DNA of 64,000 nucleotides from Malacoraja senta (taxonomy: Eukaryota): positions 48,174,001 through 48,238,000 of the forward strand of contig CM075984.1 in assembly GCA_038087875.1 (NCBI GenBank), read 5' to 3'. The notes under the pieces are model-generated. The model saw nothing but the letters and a program-made list of their open reading frames with translations, was not told where the DNA came from and did no database searches. Positions 58,080-64,000 of this stretch are shown piece by piece; position 1 is the stretch's first letter, and every line of letters starts with the position of its first letter. A program made the position numbers and the translations under genes.

Positions 58080-58625
58080 TAATTAGGGGTTCCCGTTGTC
58101 GTGAGTTCACCTCTCCAAAATATTCGCCTATGCTATGCACGTTTACCAACAAATGGATACCACTTCGTTGGTAAACGCTCGGGGTTCCCGAAACGAATGC
58201 CTGCAAAGTTTGAGCGGGTGTGGAAATGAGCAGATCTGGGCAGCAGAGCGAGGAGGAAGCCGCCACGAGGTAGAGAGACGAACAATAGATCACTCACCGT
58301 GCAGGAGGAAAGCGCGGCGCCCTCGGGGTCTGTGCTGCAAGCGCCGAGGAATCGCAAGGAATCCGCCTCTCCCAACTCCCAACTCGTTTGGCAGCGCGCA
58401 TGTCTGGAAAATACCCCCCTTTTATTTCAAAAGCAGCGAATAGCCGAGGCTGATGCAAAGATTTGAATCCGAAAAGCGCTGAACTTAACTGTGGGCAGCA
58501 AACAAAGGCGGGGAGCGCGGCAAACGGAGCGGCGCTCCCAATGTTGCCACTCCCGGGCACAAAGTTACATTTCAGTTGCAGGGGACATTGCGCCCCCGCC
58601 AACCGGTTGTCGTTCTCGTCGTTTG
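58080..58625 (-). promoter_or_regulatory. CpG island; probable TRIM59 promoter and non-coding first exon (donor CG|GTGAGT at 58298/58297)
   Basis: Non-repetitive CpG-dense stretch with a strong minus-strand donor; CHR-like TTTGAA (58426-58431 on -, 58462-58467 on +), E2F-like GGCGGGA at about 58507, CCAAT at 58538. Confidence 0.65.
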
Positions 58626-58969
58626 CATTTTAATTCAGCATTTATAATAAAAACCTTTCTCGCTAATGATCAGGACATGCTGTCCATTAATTATCCAGAA
58701 AGTTGAAACCATATAGTAGGGAACAGATTGGGGTCAAAATGCAGAGAAGCCTCTACCGGCTTTCACATCTGTCTTTCTTGGCGCCTGCACCATCCTAAAA
58801 TTGCTTGGAATTCAATATTTTCTTCCACCTCCCCCGGAATCCTCAAAGCGCTCTCTTAGTTTGAATGTTTAGTTGTGTTTTCTGCAATCTTTATTCTTTG
58901 AACATCCGTGTTTAATATTAATATTGATCGACAACGGCCTGTTTTCTTCCCAGCTTAAAACGTCAGTGT

Positions 58970-59345
58970 AGAAACAAATGGTCTGCAGATAAGACACAAA
59001 AAGCTGGAGTAACTCAGCGGGACAGGCAGCATCAAAGATCATAGAGCGGATCTTTGGGCAGCATCTCTGGAGAGAAGGAATGGGTGATGTTTTGGGTCGA
59101 GACCCTTCCTCGACCCGAAATGTCACCCATTCCTTCTCTCCAGAGATGCTGCCTGTCCCGCTGAGTTACTACAGCTTTTTGTGTCTATCTTCGGTTTAAG
59201 TAACCAGCGTCTGCAGTTCCTTCTTACACAATGAACTGCAGATGCTGGTTTACCACAAAAAAAAGACACAAAGTGCTGGATTAACTCCGCGGCTCTGGCT
59301 CTGGTGAACTTGGATAGGCGATGTTTCACCTCGGGACACTTCAAT
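58970..59345. mobile_element. Cluster of Penelope-derived short repeats in alternating orientation
   Basis: Near-perfect inverted arms around 59105 (GGCAGCATCTCTGGAGAGAAGGAATGGGTGA / TCACCCATTCCTTCTCTCCAGAGATGCTGCC), then a third unit. Confidence 0.65.
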
Positions 59346-61599
59346 CTCAAACCGCTGGGCCTCTAAACTGGGGGATTGGTGCCAAAATCCAACATATCTT
59401 CAGGTAGAAGACACTTATAATCTTGGTTCATATTATTTCCTTCACATGTTGTGGGCAAGGCTTAATTCTAAACGCTTACTCCAGATATTCCAAAGGTATC
59501 CTAACCTCCAGAATCAAATTAGTTTCATCTCTACTAATTAGCTATTTAAAAATTGTACATTAAAAAGCTTGTAAAAATTCACGCGGGTTGAAAATAGAAA
59601 CACGTGAATTAGGATTCCGAACAGGTCTCTCGGCCCCTTAAATTAGCTCCGCCATAAAACAAGATATGATTGTAACTTTAACACCGCATTCCTACGTCGG
59701 CTTCCCGACCGCGGGGCCGCGGCTGTGGACTGGGAACGCGGCCGGAGGCCTTTATCGCGTCGCCGCCGTCTCGATGCCTCCCGGATCGCAGCGTAGAAGC
59801 CCGGGTCGGGTGAAGCAGCCGACGGAGCCCGCGTCTGGGGGCCGGGGGAGCACCACGGAGGCGTGAAGTGGGGCGTCTACAGCGGTGAAGCTTCGCGGGT
59901 CGATGAGAGCGTGGAGGGGGGAGAGGGGAGAACAATGGACAATTAGGGGGGAGAGGGACAAAGGGCAATAGGGACCCGGCGTGCTTTGTAACTCTGTCAG
60001 CGCCGCAGGTGGCTGCTGTTTGTATATATTGTGTATGCAAGCAAAGAATCATTCTCACTGTGCCTAGTCACATGTGACAAATAAATTTTCGTATGTAGTC
60101 GCAGTAATCTTTCCACCCTCTTGCTTTTCAAGTCTCCACCGCCTTAAAATGCAGAGGAAACCAAAGATCTTTGGAGGAAACGGTGCTACAAAGACGCAAC
60201 CGCCCCCACTTTAAAAAGAACTTTCTAAAATGGCAACATCTCTTGTCATTTTTTAACTTGTGATCCCTTGCTTCATATTCACGCAGAGGAAGCAGCCTCA
60301 CGGAACCCATCCTGTCAAAACGCCCTCAGGCTCAGATTTCAATCACGTCTCCCCTCATTGTTCTAAACTCTAGCAGATGTAGGCCCAGACTATGTATTAA
60401 TTTAGAAAACCCCTGCAAGTCTTCCACTGCATTAAAAGCCAGATTGCTCCAGATATGGTCTCACACTGCCCCTGTAAGTAATGTAAAACTTCCCTACTTC
60501 ACAATAACACTAGCAATAAAAACTGCCAGCTTTCCTAATTATTTGCAACCTGCATACTAGCCGTTTGCAAATCATCACCCAGATTCCTCCACGTCCCGGG
60601 GCTCTGCTGAACGTCACCATTAATCTTTTTGTTTAAATTGTGTATACAAAATTAAGGTATTTATTTTCTCTCGCTAGGGTGTCTAGAATCAGGGATCAGT
60701 GTCTCAAATTATGTGGGGGATGATCAACTACTCTCGATGAGAAATAGTAGAGAATCATTGGAATTCTCTTTCCAAGGGACATAACCTAATGTAGAAAAGT
60801 GGCATCAAGATAAAATCGCCGGTATATTTTTGAATGGCAGAGCAGATCAAGAGGCTAAATTCCCTATTTTCTTGTACTCTTCAATTTTTCTTTCCACTCA
60901 CAAGAAACTACATACCTTGCCCCTTGCCTCACAATCTCAGTGTCTCAAACCAGCAGTGGAGCAAGCCAGCATGTTCAGCTTTCTGCTTTGGTCCGCAAAT
61001 CTCCAGCATGCGCAGTTGATCAGCACACATAACTCCAGGAATTACTAGTGTGAGAAAACACAGGCCAGGAGTTCTTGAGTAGCCCTAACCCTGCGACTAT
61101 GTATAATTGGCAGTTGGTAGAATGTCATATTTACTTCTATAACCCAACCCTCGCATTTTTAATAATGCAAGGCCACAACATTGTGTTCCCATAATGTGCA
61201 TCATGTGTGTCAATGGCATTCTATCTGCCAGAAATGCTCAAATGGAGAAACAAAGAACTGCATTTGCTTGCTTACAAAAAAAAGTGCTGGAGCAACTCAG
61301 CAGGGCAGGCAGCATCCCTGGAGAAAAGTGTCCTGACGCAAAACGTCACCTGCCTATACTCTGACCCCGAGTTAATCCAACACGTTGTGTCTTTTTTTGT
61401 TGCCAAAAATGCTCACCCTTATTGGTGTTGATGCTGTAGTGTATACTATCCACAACATATTACCATTACCTCACAGAACCATGTAAGGAGAGAAATTGTG
61501 TCCTTGCCCTGGACATACTCATCTTAGAAATATAAATCCAGTGCTGAGAACCAAGTGCACACCTATTAAACCAAATTCTACAGTAGTTTCAAATTCCAA

Positions 61600-64000
61600 G
61601 CAAGTGGTAGAGTATTCAGGCCCTTTGTTGGTGTTATTCTGAGCTGTCCTCTTTCAAGTCTGAGGATTTTTTTCAGGAGGGAAAGAGTAGGTCTGGATGC
61701 AGATAGCTTAATATTTTGTGTTTTCATTAAAACAAATTTTCCAAGTAAATCTAAGTAAATGTTTTTTTTTCATTGGCTCAGCGGCAACAACCTCCAAACG
61801 AACACAGCAGTTGAAGGTTTAGGACCCCGTATAGGACAGTACTTGTAAGTGATGGCTTCCAAATAACCCTACATGCAGCAGGGCATGCAGGTTTAGCATG
61901 GGTGTTGCTGGTTTAATAATAATCTAAATCTCAGATCAGATAGGTCGCTTCCAGACCAAAGATAAGATTGACAATGAGCACTGAAAAATGACAATTTCAT
62001 GGGAATATCTCACAACAGACATGGATAAAAATGGATGCTCAGTGAGTGAGGGACTCTTTCCTAGAACACAAGGTTAACCCAACAAAGTTAGCAACAAGAA
62101 ATCTCTCAACATTCTTTCTCTCCATATCCCTGAATCTCCAAGGAGATTGTGTTCAGCTATTCCTTAGGATAGAACACAACAGAAGGAATCAAAATGTATG
62201 ATGAAATTTAGCGTTTTGCAGACATAGTCGTGACTGGAAGACTTGCATGTCTTTTTGGAGATATCAACACTGAACAACTCAGCTAGGTCCATTCCTATAT
62301 AACAAAACATTACAATGGAATATCATGCCACACAAAATCATTTCAAAGTTTATTTTCTCTAAAACAGGTTAGCCTGCAATCTAATGGAAAACAGTGTAAG
62401 CAAGCCAATTTTCTGCCTGTTCAAATTTTTGTCCAGCTTTCGAAGCGCGTGTATGGACGACAATGAATGCTTAATGGATAAACCAACTAATTTACAAAAT
62501 AAATCGCAACTACATATTAATCCAGTCTACAATAGTCCAAAATTTTAAAACACAAAACAGGAATCGGGTAATTTTTCACGGTTCTCGTCAGTGACCATTG
62601 CCATAGGTTTTAAATACAGTAACACTTGTTCATGCAACAAGTGCTTAAAGGATGAAGGCAAAGTATATCCTACAATGAGCCATTTTACCAAGAGTGGTAT
62701 TAGCATTTTAACAACTAATCAATCATTAGACCAAATTTAGTATTAGTGAATCTTGACAAGGTAACATCTACCTTAGATTCTTTTTTAAAATTACACTTGT
62801 ATTGCTGGTAAGCAAGTCTGCTGAAATATACTCTTTATAAAGTGGCTCAGATGGTTCATGGCTACTTTACCTAATTTTGAAAATGAATCTAAAAATATCA
62901 AACATGTCAAGGGTAATTTTACATCTGATTAGATGACCTACGCACACTTGTCAACGACCCCCTTTAGCAGAAAATAAGCACCAACTAGTCACAACCAAAA
63001 TATTTTAATTAAGAAAAATTACAGGAAAATATGAAACAAATGTTCATGAACAGCATTTACCCCAAAAGGTTCTGTGCTATATTCTACACAGGAACTAACT
63101 AAAAATAGCTAAAATAAATCAGAAGTAGCCATCAATTAATAGGTGCATGTCATTTGATTTTCTTAGTCAACTTCATTTATCTAAGTTATGACTAACATTG
63201 ATAGGCTTCACAATACTGCATGTGTTTGAAGTTTCCTGGATTTAAATTATGGCAACTTTTCAGTTTATTAAGCAGCAGAGCATGTACATGTTCTATTTTC
63301 TCCTCTGCAAAAATTGTGCATGTGAGCAGCTTACTACCATTACAATTGTTACGTTATTATTGTATTCGTGATTTATATGGAAAGCGACTCACAGCATTTA
63401 TTTTAACTGTTGCAGTTGGTAATTGAGGAACAATTCATAACTACAAGTACATAAGTTTTATAAACATTAAAAAAATAGAATAGCCAAGGTGGAAATAAAA
63501 CAAGCAAAATACTTATGCTGCAAGATTTAATCCAAATTGCTACAGATAAATTATACAATGCACTGCTGCTAAATTGGTTAACTTCTCCAGTGTATGTTAA
63601 ATATTAATAAAAACAAACTCATTTTGGTGTTTTTCTGGGTTTATTCATTAGCCGCTTGAAGGCAATCAAGTTTGCATGCGTTCACATACAACATCACGCC
63701 CATACACTACTCTCTTCCACACACAACTCCGTGATGAGGAGTTTATTTTCATGAGCGAATACAGAGCCCAAGATTTCAAGTAATGAACCTGGCTCCACAG
63801 CACTGAGTCCAGACATTCATACAGTGGGTCCATTCACACAGTGCTTCATAGCAAGGCCTTGACTTGGTCTTCTGACTTGGTCGATGTCCCTTTCTTGGTT
63901 TATGAAGTTTGAAGTATCTTAAGTGCTCCATTCTTCTAATTTTAGATAACTGAATTTGATCTTGGTTTAGTTACTTCGTAGACATTGACCTCTCTTTGAC
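61600..64000 (-). other. Probable 3' UTR of the next gene (KPNA4 by synteny)
   Basis: Repeat-free AT-rich stretch with several minus-strand AATAAA (e.g. 62349, 63264, 63397); KPNA4 follows TRIM59 in this orientation in other vertebrates; no coding sequence visible. Confidence 0.45.

Noticed and set aside
63731-63806. C/D-box-like GTGATGA...CTGA spacing
   Set aside because: No convincing terminal stem or guide, and it is antisense to the presumed UTR with no host intron
1-64000. CRISPR arrays, rRNA, bona fide tRNA genes, prokaryotic operons
   Set aside because: Eukaryotic intron-exon DNA; the tRNA-like segments are SINE heads, and no regular repeat-spacer array was seen

Overview
Vertebrate genomic DNA, most likely from a cartilaginous fish (skate/ray-like). 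This is inferred from the repeat set: HE1/V-SINEs, CR1, Rex1, L2 and Penelope-derived elements. The window covers the conserved SMC4 - TRIM59 - (KPNA4) block. It holds the complete 23-coding-exon SMC4 CDS on + (618..38381, 1297 aa by my exon assembly) with the miR-15b/miR-16 cluster in an intron. A convergent single-coding-exon TRIM59 lies on - (46722..47948), with a probable CpG-island first exon and promoter near 58.3 kb. A repeat-poor stretch at 61.6-64 kb is probably the KPNA4 3' UTR (synteny inference only). Introns and intergenic DNA carry a near full-length degenerate CR1, an internally deleted Gypsy LTR element, a Harbinger-type element with cargo nested in a SINE, and a candidate ISL2EU-type element. 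They also carry many short Penelope-derived repeats that preserve a decayed minimal hammerhead-ribozyme core. Most notable: the hammerhead-bearing repeat family, an LSGGE->ISGGE change in the SMC4 ABC signature, a near-perfect 24-bp hairpin downstream of TRIM59, and the cargo-carrying Harbinger. All calls were made by eye; no searches were run.
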